DNA of 50,641 bases from Pelomyxa schiedti (GCA_020536535.1 JAHLWZ010000910.1:1-50641), one strand, 5' to 3'. Counted from the first letter of the stretch, positions 32,001-45,979 are shown. A program made the numbers and translations. Notes: generated by a model from the sequence alone, not told the origin.

Positions 32001-35000
32001 AGAACAACAATCTTACAGGAACAATACCTGATGTATTTAATTCAATGACATCACTGGTTTTCTTGTACATGCAATATAACTCCTTGTCAGGAAATCTTCC
32101 TTCTTCTCTTAGCAGCCTCTCAGCCTTAAAATATCTGTACCTCCCTTGCATAAAGAATCCGTAATTTAATTTCTCAACAGGGATTTGAGTTACAACAAGC
32201 TTTCAGGACTATTTCCTTCCACTATTATTAACAGCCTGATTTCCTATATGTAACACATTGACTGGAATCTTCTTTTGGTTAACATTATTAGGGATGTTTC
32301 TGGCAACTCCTTCTATGGCCAAATGCCAAACCGAGTGACAACAAGCAACTCAAACATGATACTGATGTAAAACAAATTCCTCTTTTCTCCCTTTTCACAA
32401 TCCAAAAAGGAATTTCACAGGCAACAAGTTTATATGTCAAGTGCCACCATTTATGAAATCTTCAACACTTACATTCCCAATTGATGTACATGGCAGTATT
32501 TTCTTTTGCCCTCTGAATAGTTTAGTAAAAACCGTTGAAGGAGCCTCCTGTGGTAAGATTCTTTATCGTTCTGGCTCTGTCCTAACTTGCTGTAGCACCT
32601 GTGACATTACTCTCCATTACACCCAATTCTTTCAACCTCTCCAACAGCTTTTCTGGTCAGACAGCCGTTATAAATGCCACAGGCCTAAATAGCTGTGCCG
32701 GGATACAAGTATATGTTCCTGGTGCTGGATATATTGCTCCTGTTTCCCTAACCGAATCCCTACTCACCTTCGTTATCCCTGCTCATTCATATGGCATTGT
32801 TCCAATACGGCTTATGTGGATTGGTTCCTACAATAATAACTCTGTTGTTTCATCAAATTCCCTCAACTTCAAATACTACTACCCATGCTCCCCACGGTGT
32901 GTGTCTCCATATGGGACTTGTGCTGGTTTGAGTGGTGTATGCATTTGCAATGGCACACATGGCGGTATGTCCAGGCCTTAAAATAAAATTTCAACCTCCA
33001 TTGCAGGCCCTGATTGCAGGTTGTATTCCTGCCCGGCTAATTGCAATGGCCGTGGTATTTGCAACTATACATCTGGTGTTTGCATTTGCAATGCACCATA
33101 TTTTGGGAAGTCTTGCAGTGCAGCCTCCATTTCATGTCCAAATAGCTGTTCCAGGTATTACCCCGTTTTATGCAATTTCAGTCTCATGAAATGCAGTCAC
33201 GGGCAATGTGATCTCTTCACAGGAAAATGTTCATGCTACCTCGGATATTGGGGTGCCAATTGTTCAAGCAAGACCTGCCCACCATACAATTACCCCTACT
33301 GCTCAACACCAAATGGGCAGTGCAATGGGACATCAGGCAAATGTGTATGTGCTCCAGGATGGATTGGAGATTCCTGTTCCATTCCTATCAAGACTTGCCC
33401 TGCTAATTGCACAAGTACAAACTATGGCCAATGCAACCAAGCAACTGGTGCCTCCTTTTTTTTTCACCCATCAAAATAGTCTAACCTCGAAAAGGTGTAT
33501 GCACATGTTTTACATATAAGGGACTTATTCATAGTGGGCCTAATTGCAGTGAAATAATCTGTAGTCCATCTTGCAAAAATGGAGGCGTGTGCAATACTTC
33601 CAGCAGCACCTGTGTTTGTCCAAAAAATTACTATGGCAAGGACTGTTCAACTCCAAGATTTAACTGCCCCGGGAACTGCACTGGCCCTAGTAATGGAGAT
33701 TGTAACACTCTTACTGGGAATTGCTCCTGTCGATCTGGCTTTTCTGTAGTTTCTCCATAGCGTTCCAATCTCAACTCTTGTAGGGTAGCAATTGCTCTTT
33801 GCGTATCTGTCCAGGCACCCCCCAGTGTAACTATCCCAATGGCACATGCGATACCTCCACAGGGCAGTGCTTGTGTAAGAACGACACGACTGCTGGCTAT
33901 TATCATACTGGTTACATGTGTCAGTATCTGAACCACTACTGTCCAGGGAATCCGGAATGCAGTGGTGCACATGGTCACTGCAACCCCCAGACAGGTGTTT
34001 GCATGTGCAATTATCCTTGGGTCCTTAATAACAATTGTTCTGCTGCTAAGTGTCCCAATGATTGTTGGGGGCATGGTACATTGTATGGATTATTTCATTC
34101 ATTTGAACTCGCCATAGGGGACTGTGATATTACACAAGGGAACTGCAAGTGCTGGGCCCAGTATAATACATCTGTTGATTGCCAATTCCTCTACAGTACA
34201 ATTTTTCGACTCTCCTCTCTTTCTCATTCTCATCAGTTGCTTGTCCATCTTCATGTAATCATGGCTACTGTGATACACGCAGTGGTGACTGTATATGCAC
34301 CTCACCTTGGACCAATACTGCCACTGAAAATTGTGCCACAAAATCCTGCCCAGGTGACTGTAACGCTGGGCTTACAGGAACGTGTGTCAATGGCACTTGT
34401 GTATGCAACGCAGGTTTGAGTCAGTCGTTTTGTAGACAGTTTTACATATTCTTGCAGGTTGGACTGGGAGCCAATGCACTGTTGTAAATAAGACTTGTAC
34501 AAGCAATTGCAATACTCCTAATGGCCGGTTAAATCTTTTTTCCCTTTTTCTTTATTAGTAACTAGATCTAGCTGTGACACGACAACTGGAGAATGCTTGT
34601 GTTATGGTTTGTATTATGGAGATAAATGCCAGTCTAGTGTGTCCCGTCCCTGCCGTATCACAACGGTCTCATCATTCAATAGAGTCATGCCTCAATAATT
34701 GTTCTATGCATGGAATTTGCAATACCACCTTGGGTTTGTGCACGTGTGGTAGTGGATGGGAACCACCAGATTGCTATGTAAACCTTTGTTCACTTGAAGA
34801 CTTCTGCACATCAAGCTTTCGGGGTACTTGCAATACCACAGGTGGGAATTGCATATGCAACTACCCATACTATGGAAGCAAGTGTCAGTACAAGATGTGT
34901 CCTTCGAATTGCAGTGGAAATGGCCTGTGCAATAACATTACGTACGTTGAATTTTTTTTTCATCTCTCAACTTAACTTATGATTCACTTAGTGGTGTTTG

Positions 35001-38000
35001 CACATGCCTGAGTGACTGGATAGGAACGGTATTCTATTTCCATCTTTTTTTTTTTTTGCTTTTCATCTTTTCCCCAGACATGCAGTACGTTTTCCGCTAT
35101 GTGCCCACCGACACGGGATAATGGGTGCTATGGGAATGGAGTGTGCAACCACACAAGTGGTTTATGCACTTGCTATACTGGTTACTTTGGTTCTGATTGC
35201 CATCAAAGTATGAACCCACCATATTACCACTTCTGATGAACAACAGAGTTGTGTCCAAATAACTGTTCTTCTCATGGACTGTGCAATTACACCACGGGAA
35301 CTTGCTCTTGTGCGCAGAACTATTCAGATCCAACAGATGTTGCTTGCAGTACCCCTTACTATTCTTGCATGTACTGTTTCATTCTGTGGTTTTTCTCTAT
35401 TTACCTCTATAGTGACAATTTATGTTCGGGAAATGGTTACTGTAACCATCTCGAAGGCAAGTAGAAACCAATTCATTCCAATTCTAAATGACCTCTTGTC
35501 AGGCAATTGTTTCTGCTATTATGGCTTCTATGGAAACGTTTGTCAGTACAAGTACTGCCCTTCTAAATGCGAAGAGCATGGCACATGCAATACGGTATGA
35601 CTTTTGAAACCAAAATATCCTAATTTGCTACTTCAGACAACTGGGATTTGCAAGTGTAACCCTCATTGGTTAGGCGACTCGTGTTTAGAGGCCAACTGTA
35701 TGCCACTGATGTAAACACTACCATTTTTGAATTTTTCCATAGATTCCTGCCCAAAGAATTGTTCTGGGCCACATGGGCATTGTGACAAAACTACAGGCCT
35801 TTGTACCTGTTTTTCTCCATACTCACAGCCAGATTGTTACTATGGTGCGTCTCCCCATCTCCCACTTCACTTTTCACTCATTCTTCTAGCCTCTTGTCTT
35901 CTGAACTGTTCTTTCCCACATGGTGTCTGTGACAAGTTTACCTCATTCCTGAGTCTTTTACATCTCAACCATCTTTTAGCTTGACTGGATCTTGTTCTTG
36001 CAATGAATCTTTTACAGGAAAAGGGTGTCAGGTTGCTAATTTTACTTGTAAGCCAAGCTGCAAGAGTGGAATGTGTAATACAATGTATGCTTCCCCTTGT
36101 TTTTTGCCCTGAAGTCACCTTCAAAACCAGGAATGGCCAGTGCATATGCAACTCAGGCTATTATGGCACCTCGTGTGAATATAAAGAATGTGGTGGCAAA
36201 ACCCCCTGTTCGGGTCATGGTGTCTGTGATAATACAACAGGAATTTGCACTTGCTCCACAAATTTCACAGGGCCTTCCTGTGAAGTACCCAATTGTATAT
36301 TGTTTTACTTTCCATTAATGGAACTAAAAAAAACCTATTGCACAGATCCCTGCCCAAATAACTGCACAGGGTCACATGGACACTGTGACCCAAATCGTGG
36401 ACAATGTGCATGCTTCTCTCCCTGGCTACTCCCTGATTGCCACTATGGTTATTACCTTTGTACTACCTTCCTCCTAAAATTCAGAAAGGCCAATGCCAAC
36501 TGAACTGTTCATATCCTCATGGAAATTGTGATAAGTAGGTCCCCGTATCACAAGCCAGGCTCACCTTTTTAGGTTGACAGCAACATGCTCTTGCAAAACG
36601 TTCTACACTGGGAAAAGTTGTCAAATTGCAAATTTTACATGTTCCCCTACATGCAAAAATGGAACATGCAATACCCAGTATGCCTTTCACACGTAACTTC
36701 TAAGTCTTATCAAAGTGTAGGAATGGGGATTGTGTTTGTTATGGGGGGTATTGGGGGATATCATGCGAGTATAAATCGTGTCCCACAAAGTGCGAACTGC
36801 ATGGCATATGCAACAATGTGTGTTATTTTTTCCCCCTTTTTTTACCTAACATTCCTTGGTTCAGAATACTGGTATTTGTATGTGTTATCAAAACTGGACC
36901 GGCTCAAACTGTCTAGAGGCTGATTGTAAAGTTCCACTTAAAAGCCCTAAACACCAACAATTCTAGATACTTGTCCTAATAACTGTTCTGGCTCCCATGG
37001 CAATTGTGATCAAACCAGTGGTCATTGCGCCTGCTACTCTCCTTGGACACTACCAGATTGCTATTATGGTAGCACTCCATATTGATGCTCTTTATTAACT
37101 CAACATAGCCCAATGCTCTCTCAACTGTTCATATCCACACGGCCAGTGCAATAAGTTTGTAATAGAAACACCACCCACAAGAAATAACTTTTTTTAGACT
37201 CACTGGCGTGTGTGCATGTCAGACAGGATACACAGGAAAAGGGTGCCAGATTGCCAATTTCACTTGCAGTCCTCCATGTGAAAGTGGATCCTGCAACTCA
37301 CAGTACTCTTGAAGCATAGTTCTGTTTTGCTCATGACATTTCAGGGATGGTAAGTGTGTCTGCCTTGCTGGGTACTATGGGAGCTCTTGCCAGTACAAAT
37401 CCTGTCCTTCAAAATGTGAAATACATGGCACTTGTAATAATGTATGCTGGAATTTGGGAACTTTTATATGACAGAATCTAGCTAACTGGTGTTTGTACCT
37501 GTGCGCAAAACTGGACTGGCTCGAGTTGCATGGAGGCTAATTGTAAACTTATTCTGCATTCTGCTGTTTTGTATTGATTTTAGACAGATAAATGCCCGAT
37601 GAATTGCTCAGGCACACATGGCAACTGTGACAAAACAACTGGAAAATGTGCTTGCTACTATCCCTGGAACCTTCCAGACTGTTACTATGGTTATAATCTA
37701 CTTAGGTAAATTCGCGCTAACAATCAATAGCACAATGTTCCCTTAATTGCTCTTATCCACATGGGTCTTGTGACAAGTATCGTGCCTGCTTGTAACTTTT
37801 TGTACCTTAAAAATACCAGGACAACAGGAGTATGTAATTGTCAGAAGTTTTACACAGGCAAGGGTTGTCAGATAGCGAATTTTACTTGTACACCTTCCTG
37901 CCAAAATGGGAGTTGCAATGCACAGTACTCTTCCTATTAATTCACGGAATTTCTTATATTTGCAGAACGGGACATTGTGTGTGCTTTGGTGGGTACTGGG

Positions 38001-41000
38001 GCCCGTCTTGCGAGTACAAATATTGCCCTACAAAATGTGAACAGCATGGCATTTGTAATAATGTGCATAAACTTTGTTTGTTTCTCCTGTTCTCAACAAC
38101 AAAACAATCCTTCAGGTTAGTGGCATCTGTATGTGTAATCAAAACTGGACTGGTGTGAACTGTCTAGAGCCTGATTGTACTTCTTCTTTCGTCTCCTCTG
38201 GGGATTAATTGTAATCATTGCAGATCCCTGTCCCCATAACTGTACAGGCTCCCATGGTCACTGTGATAAAACCACTGGAACATGCGCTTGTTACACACCC
38301 TGGATCCTACCAGATTGCTATTATGGTTGAATAACTTTCTTCTTGCTTGTTTAATGGCGTAATCAGCTAAATGTGCTCTTAACTGCTCATATCCACATGG
38401 CACTTGTTCTATGTAATGCTTCCGGTTTTTTTTTTCTTGGTAAATGGACAAAAGACTGAATGGTACATGCGCATGCCAGAAGTATTACACTGGACAAAGT
38501 TGCCAGATTGCCAATTTCACCTGCACGCCCTCTTGTTTGCATGGCTCATGCAATTCCCAGTAGATTTCCTCCCCCCCCGGGTTTATATTCACTGGCTTTC
38601 AGGAATGGTCAGTGTGTTTGCACTGGAGAATACTATGGACCTGGTTGTGCCTATAAACACTGTCCCTCGAAATGTGAGGTTCATGGTGTCTGTAACAATG
38701 TAAGTATGATGGCACTCTTGACAAATAAATAAAATATCTCTTTTTTTACAAAGATAACTGGAGTTTGTACGTGTGCACAAAATTGGACTGGCTCCAACTG
38801 CTTGGAACCTCATTGTATCTCCCCTTTCTTTACACAACCAATTAAACACCGTTAGATCCTTGCAGCCGAAACTGTTCAGGGTCCCATGGAAACTGTGATT
38901 CGACCATTGGCAAGTGCGCCTGCTATTCCCCATGGACCCTGCCTGACTGTTACTATGGTAACTCCATTATACAATTTCGACTTACTGCTTTTAGCAACAT
39001 GCCCTCTAAACTGCTCTTATCCTCATGGGACCTGTGATAGGTTACAAAAAAACTTCTCCTTTTCATTCTTATTTTTTCCAGTCTTACTGGGAAATGTACC
39101 TGTAAGACATATTATTCTGGTAGTAGTTGCCAGATTGCAAACTTTTCGTGTGTCCCAGCCTGCAAGCATGGCTCCTGCAATTCCTTGTCTGCTAAAGTTC
39201 CTTTAATATTTCTGACATACTTTAGGACTGGAGAGTGTATTTGCTTCGGCGGATTTTATGGTACATTATGTGAATACCAGTACTGCCCTACCAAGTGCGA
39301 ATTACATGGTGTCTGCAATGCGGTAACTCTCTAGTAACGATTCTTTTTTCTATGTTTTGATTATCAACAGACAACTGGCATTTGTGGTTGCAGTCAAAAC
39401 TGGACCGGGGCGTCATGCATGCAAGCTAACTGTATTTCTTATTGTACATTGAAGGGAAAATTCTGAACACAAATAGTTCCGTGTCCAAACAATTGCACTG
39501 GTGGCCATGGTCATTGCAATCACGTAACTGGTACATGCTCCTGCTTTTCTCCTTGGATGGCACCTGATTGCCTTATGGGTATGTTTTTCTTGGTCTAAAT
39601 TATAGATTCTAACCTTAAACTAGCCCAATGCAGTCTTAACTGTTCATATCCAAATGGAGTTTGCAATAAGTTACCAATCAACCAAGTTTTACTTTTTCTC
39701 AGTACACCTAGGACAACTGGAGTATGCCATTGCAAAGCAGAGTACACAGGGAAAACTTGCCAAGTAGCCAACTTTTCTTGTCACCCTTCATGCATCAATG
39801 GAGGCGCATGCAACACACAGTATGTGAGAACTACAAATTCCAAAATTAAATATATTTGTACAGAAATGGTAAATGTGTATGCTATGGTGGTTACTATGGG
39901 AACTCCTGTGAATACAAATCTTGCCCTGCGAAATGTGATGTTCACGGGTTCTGCCACAATGTATGCTCAAATAGGACATTTGGGAAAATCCCTCATACTT
40001 CTCTCAGGATACCGGTTTATGCACCTGCCTACAAAATTGGACAGGAACAAGTTGCATGGAGGCAGATTGTATCGATTACTCTTTCCCGCGCATATCTCAT
40101 ATCTTTTTTCCACCCTCAGATTCCTGCCCAAACAATTGCACTGGGGTACATGGCCACTGTGATCACACGGTTGGAAAATGTGCCTGCTATTCTCCCTGGA
40201 TTCTTCCTGATTGCTATTATGGTTGAAAAGGAATTTTAAATTTAGTGCTCATATCACATAGCTTATTGTCCTTTGAACTGCTCGTATCCCAAGGGTGATT
40301 GTAATGTGTATGTCATAGGCTATCTGTTCTTCACTAACCTCTCCAGTTTGACTGGAATATGCTCTTGCAAAGATCACTACACTGGAAAGAATTGTCAAAC
40401 TGCCAATTTCTCGTGTTCACCAGCTTGTAAAAATGGAGACTGTAACACACAGTTTGATTCATTCCTTTTTGGTTTTTGCTATTCTTACTTGCGTTTTTTT
40501 TAGAAACGGCAAATGTGTTTGTCTTGGGGGGTACTATGGTTCTTCTTGTGAATACAAGTACTGCCCCTCAAAATGTGAACAGCATGGTATTTGTAATAAT
40601 GTAAGCTTTCTTTCTGTTTTTTAAACCCTTTGACTTTGTTTAGAACACTGGAATTTGTGTGTGCAATGGAAATTGGACTGGGAACTCTTGCATGGAAGCA
40701 AATTGTATGAGTTTTTTCCTTTATTGTTTCTTACAAGTTATACTAGATGAGTGCCCCAAGAACTGTTCAGGGAGCCATGGACATTGTGATGCCACGACCG
40801 GTGTTTGTTCTTGCTTCTCCCCCTGGACCCCCACTGATTGCAGCCTTGGTAATTAGATTAATGTAATGCGCCTAGGACTAACATCGATTTAGCAACATGC
40901 GCACTGAATTGCTCTTATCCTCATGGTGTTTGTGATAAGTGTGTAATAGCAACTTTTACTCTTCCGTTCAATTTCCATAGGTTGAGTGGGCTGTGCAATT

Positions 41001-43127
41001 GCGTCGCCGGATATACTGGGAAAGGTTGTCAAATTGCTAATTTCACGTGCTCTCCTCCTTGTAAGAATGGCAACTGTAACTCCCAGTGTGTCACCCTATT
41101 CGTTCCTCAACCACTAATCCAAGAAGAACAGGGAAATGTGCTTGCACTGGGGGATATTATGGGACCGCCTGTGAATATAAACTGTGCCCAACCAAATGCG
41201 AAGAGCATGGTTCATGCAACAATGTACAGATCCTTCCCCCCCTGCAAAGTTCTCTGGATAAACTTTTATAGATAACTGGAATTTGTTCTTGCATGTATAA
41301 TTGGACTGGATCCAGCTGCAGTGAGCCCGACTGTATGTGCTTTGCTGCTAGAACCTGTTTTTCCCCTCATTATCCCATGGCGCAGATTCCTGCCTGAATA
41401 ACTGCACCGGATCTCATGGCCACTGTGACCGCACCGTTGGTAAATGTGTGTGCTACTCTCCATGGCTGACACCAGATTGCTATTATGGTTGCTTTTTTGG
41501 TTTTATTTGTTTCATTAACCTTTTTAGCTCAATGTCCGTTGAATTGTTCTTACCCAAAGGGAATATGTGACACGTAAGTATTTGGGTTTTTTTATGTGTA
41601 AGATTGCATTAGTCTTACGGGACTCTGTCACTGTAAATCCCCCTATACGGGTAAAAACTGTCAGACAGCAAATTTCACCTGTTCTCCGCCTTGCCAAAAT
41701 GGAAATTGCAATTCTCAGTAAGAGCTAATTCAACCTCACAACACTAACATTGATGTAGAACTGGCCAGTGTGTCTGTGTTGGCGGGTTTTATGGTACATC
41801 GTGTGAGTACAAGTACTGCCCTTCGAAATGTGAACAACACGGCACGTGCAATACAGTATAACACTGCAAATGAAATTTCTTGCAGAATAACCATATTAAG
41901 ACAACCGGCCTTTGCAGCTGTTCCCAAAACTGGACAGGCACTTCTTGCATGGAAGCCAACTGTAATTTCCTGTGTATTTCCTCAAAATCTCACCATTTTT
42001 GAAAAAGATCAATGCCCAAATAATTGTTCGGGGCTGCATGGGCATTGTGATACCACCACCGGTTTATGTGCTTGTTTCACTCCGTGGGTTCTTCCAGATT
42101 GTTTACTTGGTATTCACCCCGGAAAATTGTTTTATCCTTAATTCTTTTCAGCTACCTGCTCCCTCAACTGTTCGTACCCGCACGGCGTTTGCAACATGTT
42201 TGCACCTCCACCTCATTTGCCTTTTCCGCTAACTCGTTTCAGAATGACAGGGCTGTGCAATTGTAGTTTTGGTTATACTGGAAAGAGTTGTCAGATAGCA
42301 AATTTCTCATGCTCTCCGCCTTGTCAGAATGGGAGCTGCAACTCTCAGTCAGATTTCCTTTTTTTTTTTTTTTTTTTTGTAAGAGTTCTTACATCTCTAG
42401 GACTGGTCTGTGTGCTTGTAATGGTGGCTATTATGGAAATGCCTGTGAATACAAGAAATGTCCCTCCAAGTGTGAGATCAATGGAATTTGCAACAATGTA
42501 TACTCTTTTATAAACTTTAGTTTTTCACACCACCAAAGCAAACTGGAGTGTGCACTTGTTCACAGAACTGGACAGGCACCAATTGCATGGAATCTTTCTG
42601 TAGAAACAACTTCCTCCAACACAAGTAATCGCCATTATAGATTCTTGCCCAAATAATTGCAGTGGCGCCAATGGACACTGTGATCACACCACTGGTAAAT
42701 GTGTGTGCTATTCCCCGTGGGTTCTCCCTGATTGCTATTTTGGTACAATTTTTTCCCCTTTCTTTTTCAATAAACTTCATTCAAGCGCAATGCCCTCTGA
42801 ATTGCTCCTATCCCAACGGCGATTGCGATCGGTATGTGTACAGCTCCATCAATCCTACTGATATTCCTCAGCTTAACTGGAGCTTGTCACTGCCGGGCCC
42901 ACTTTTCGGGGCAGAATTGCCAGATCTCCAACTTCACTTGTTCACCCCCTTGCCAGAATGGGCAGTGCAATTCACAGTAAGTGCTACTTATTGCCAGGAG
43001 CCATAACAACAAATAAAGGAATGGAAAGTGTGTTTGCCCTGGAGGATATTACGGAACGGCGTGCGAATATCGAAATTGCCCATCAAAATGTGAGCAGCAT
43101 GGCATATGCAACACAGTATGTGTTTCT

Positions 43128-43162
<35 letters not shown>

Positions 43163-45979
43163 CCCCTAACAAAATTTCAAGACAACTGGAATTTGTAAAT
43201 GTGCACAAAATTGGACTGGGAGTTCTTGCATGGAAGCAAATTGTAACTATTTATCCCTTAACTTCCCTTATTCTCTTTAGACCAATGCCCCAATAACTGC
43301 TCTGGAGTTCATGGACATTGTGATGCTACCACTGGGTTGTGTGCTTGTTTCTCTCCCTGGACACTTCCCGATTGCCTTTACGGTAGAAAGAGAAGTTAAA
43401 GAAGTTAACACTAACCTTTAGTAGCTCAATGTAACTTGAATTGTTCCTTCCCTCATGGAGTTTGTGACAAGTATGGTTAAATACTTCCCTTCTGATCTTT
43501 TGCCTTACAACAATAAGGCTCACTGGAGTTTGCAACTGTGTAACAGGGTACACGGGTAAAGGCTGTCAAATTGCAAATTTCACTTGTTCTCCCCCTTGTC
43601 AAAACGGAAATTGCAACTCTCAGTATAACTCATTGCCCAATATCAAATCTAACTGTTTAAAGAATGGGAAAGTGTGTCTGCCTGGCTAACGCATATGGTA
43701 ATGCTTGTGAGTACAAATATTGCCCACCCAAGTGCGAAGAACATGGCGTTTGCAACACTGTACAAACCCTCACAAAAGTTACCACCTTACCTAATGCCTT
43801 TGGCAGACCACTGGTGTATGCAAGTGCAGCCAATATTGGAAAGGAGACTCTTGTATGGAAGCTGATTGTATGAATTCTCTTCTCTTTCACTTCTTCTTAT
43901 CATTTCAGATACCTGCCCCAATAATTGCACCGGGTCCCACGGTCACTGTGACAAGACTACAGGCAAATGTGCGTGCTATGCCCCCTGGAGTCCTACTGAT
44001 TGCAAACTGGGTATGAAGTGAGAAATGCTTCCTCCACTCTAACCTAGGACAGCTACCTGCACTCTAAATTGCTCCTATCCCAATGGGCAGTGTGACCCGT
44101 AAGCTTTTTTTTCCTCTGAATTACTAGTAATAGTCTCACCAGGTATACTGGAACGTGCCACTGCAAATCAACATATACTGGAAATGGATGCCAGATTGCT
44201 AACTTTACATGTTCACCTCCGTGTAAACATGGCAATTGCAACCCCTCGTTGTTTCGAAATATGAAAGTGCTCTCTAACCAATATCCAGATCTGGTGAATG
44301 TGTCTGTTATGGTGGATACTATGGTCCCAGATGTCAGTATAAGCAAGTACGTAAATTTTTTTCACACAAAAACGACGTTGAATGATTTGCAAATCTAGTG
44401 TGGTGGCAAAACCCCATGTTCTTCTCATGGAGTTTGCCATAACATGACTGGCAATTGCACGTGTTCTGCCAACTATACTGGAAGTTACTGCGAGATTCCA
44501 AACTGTAAGTATTATCTTATCTCATTCTCTTTTGGACCTCATTTCGTAAGACCCCTGCCCAAAGAACTGCACAAATTCAAGCCGTGGAATCTGCAACACA
44601 CAAACAGTTTTTAATCAAATACATGACTATTTCTCACATTTACTTCAGGGTGCATGCATGTGTATCTATCCCTATACAGGCACAGATTGCTCTCTCAGTT
44701 GGTACCTCAAAGTTCACGCTTTTACTAATCCATTTCAGTGCAATGCCCATACAAATGCAGGGGGCATGGAAAATGTAATGAGACAACTGGGAAGTGCTCA
44801 TGCAATTACCCATATCTTCCCCCAGACTGCTACTTCAGTTGACCTTCACATCCTATTTTAATAACTGACGTTTTTTCAAGTGGGATGTCCATTAAACTGC
44901 TCAGGCCATGGAATATGTAACCCATTTAAGGGCACTTGCAGTTGCCAACCAATAACAGATTGGGCTGGAGTCAACTGCTCTCAAAGTATCTACATCTTGT
45001 TATCTTGTATTACTCAACTCACTGATTTCCCCTCGAAAAAGGGCTATGTCCAAATTCATGTTCCAATGCTGGGAACTGTAAAAATGATGGCACCTGCAAA
45101 TGCAAGTTTGGGGCAAAAGGCAAGGACTGTTCTGGAGAAAATTGGTGGATAATTGTAGTCTGTGCTGGTGCTGGAAGCCTTACTGTTGTAGGAGGGGCAA
45201 CTGCCGGGTTCGTTGCCGTAAGACAGTTCCGTATTCACCAAACGGCTAAGCGCTCTCGGTCTCGAACAAGCAAGTATATTGACATGGAGCCTCTAGGAGC
45301 TGCAACCGTTGGCGGCAGCTCATTTTCGTCTGTTTTTGACACCCTTGATACTGCCGGCGTCAAGTCCAACAAGAATGCTGACGCTGGTGATGGAGGCATT
45401 GAAATGGATACTATGGATAAGCACAACAAGAACCCCGAAAATGTGGAGACTGCCGCAGAAGCCGAAAGCAAGAGTGGTGAGAAGAGTGCTAGTGGCAGCC
45501 CAAGTGGGAGTAACCACAGTGCGGCTCCCAGTGGCAGTGCAAGTGCAAGCGGAAGCGGTAGCAATAAGGGCAGTGCAAGCGCCAGTGGCAGTGGCAGTGG
45601 CAGCAATCATGGCAGTGGAAGCGGAAGCGGAAGCGGAAGCGGAAGTGGAAGTGGAAATGGAAGCAACAAGGGCAGTGGAAGCGGAAGCGGAAGTGGAAAT
45701 GGAAGCAACAAGGGCAGTGGAAGCGGAAGCGGAAGCAACAACGGCAGTGGCAGTGGCAGTGGAAGTGGAAGCGGAAGTGGCAGCAACAAAGGAAGTGGAA
45801 GCGGAAGCAACAACGGCAGTGCAAGTGGAAGTGGAAGTGGCAATGGCAGTGGCAGTGGAAGCGGGAGCAACAAAGGAAGCGGGAGCGGAAGTGGCAGCAA
45901 CAAGGGCAGTGCAAGTGGAAGTGGGAGCAACAATGGAAGTGGCAGTGGAAGAAGTAGAAGCGGGAGTGGTAGCAGCTAA
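29062..45979 (+). CDS. Giant type I membrane protein: SP, 2x CBM6/35-like, LamG/ConA-like, plant-type LRR, IPT/TIG, ~80 tenascin-type EGF repeats, TM, Gly/Ser-rich tail; multi-exon
   Basis: FLEAEYY...GTYSVWILSR...MDKIMIT and LYKAES...PVWVRV...LDKIYIG (CBM-like); SITIEMW, WTHIAV, VDELRVWSTVLT (LamG); ALYQLYWATGGPDW...WYGLDC cap, then NNLVGTLP, NNLTGTIP, NSLSGNLP, NKLSGLFP (LRR); LLSITPNS...SNSLNFKY (IPT); CPxNCSxHGxCxxxTGxCxC repeats; TM WWIIVVCAGAGSLTVVGGATAGFVAV followed by RQFRIHQTAKRSRSR. TAA at 45977-45979. The start could also be the Met at ~29095. Confidence 0.85.
32880..45135 (+). repeat. EGF-like (tenascin-type) repeat array; ~35550-44520 is a ~620-640-bp higher-order repeat of four EGFs and five introns, ~15 copies
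   Basis: Recurring exon succession CPxKCExHG.C | TG.C.C..NWTG.SC | CP.NC.G.HG.CD..TG.C.C..PW..PDC | C.LNCSYP.G.CD | TG.C.C...YTGK.CQ.ANF.C.P.C.NG.CN. Unit starts at about 35554, 36170, 36780, 37400, 38025, 38660, 39280, 39925, 40560, 41185, 41815, 42455, 43075, 43725 and 44400. Confidence 0.9.
45530..45976 (+). repeat. Degenerate hexamer repeat (GGAAGT/GGCAGT/GGAAGC) encoding a cytoplasmic (GS)n tail punctuated by NK/NN
   Basis: ORF 45284-45979 translates to GSGSGSNKGSGSGS... Confidence 0.9.

Noticed and set aside
43120-43165. Long poly(T) tract as a terminator or retro-element tail
   Set aside because: It lies inside a predicted intron, and similar homopolymers occur in many introns here. 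There is no target-site duplication.
18900-44520. Periodic ~400-bp and ~630-bp repeats as CRISPR arrays, satellites or transposons
   Set aside because: Conservation is at the amino-acid level with synonymous divergence and spliceosomal introns. There are no identical direct repeats with unique spacers, and no TIRs or transposase.
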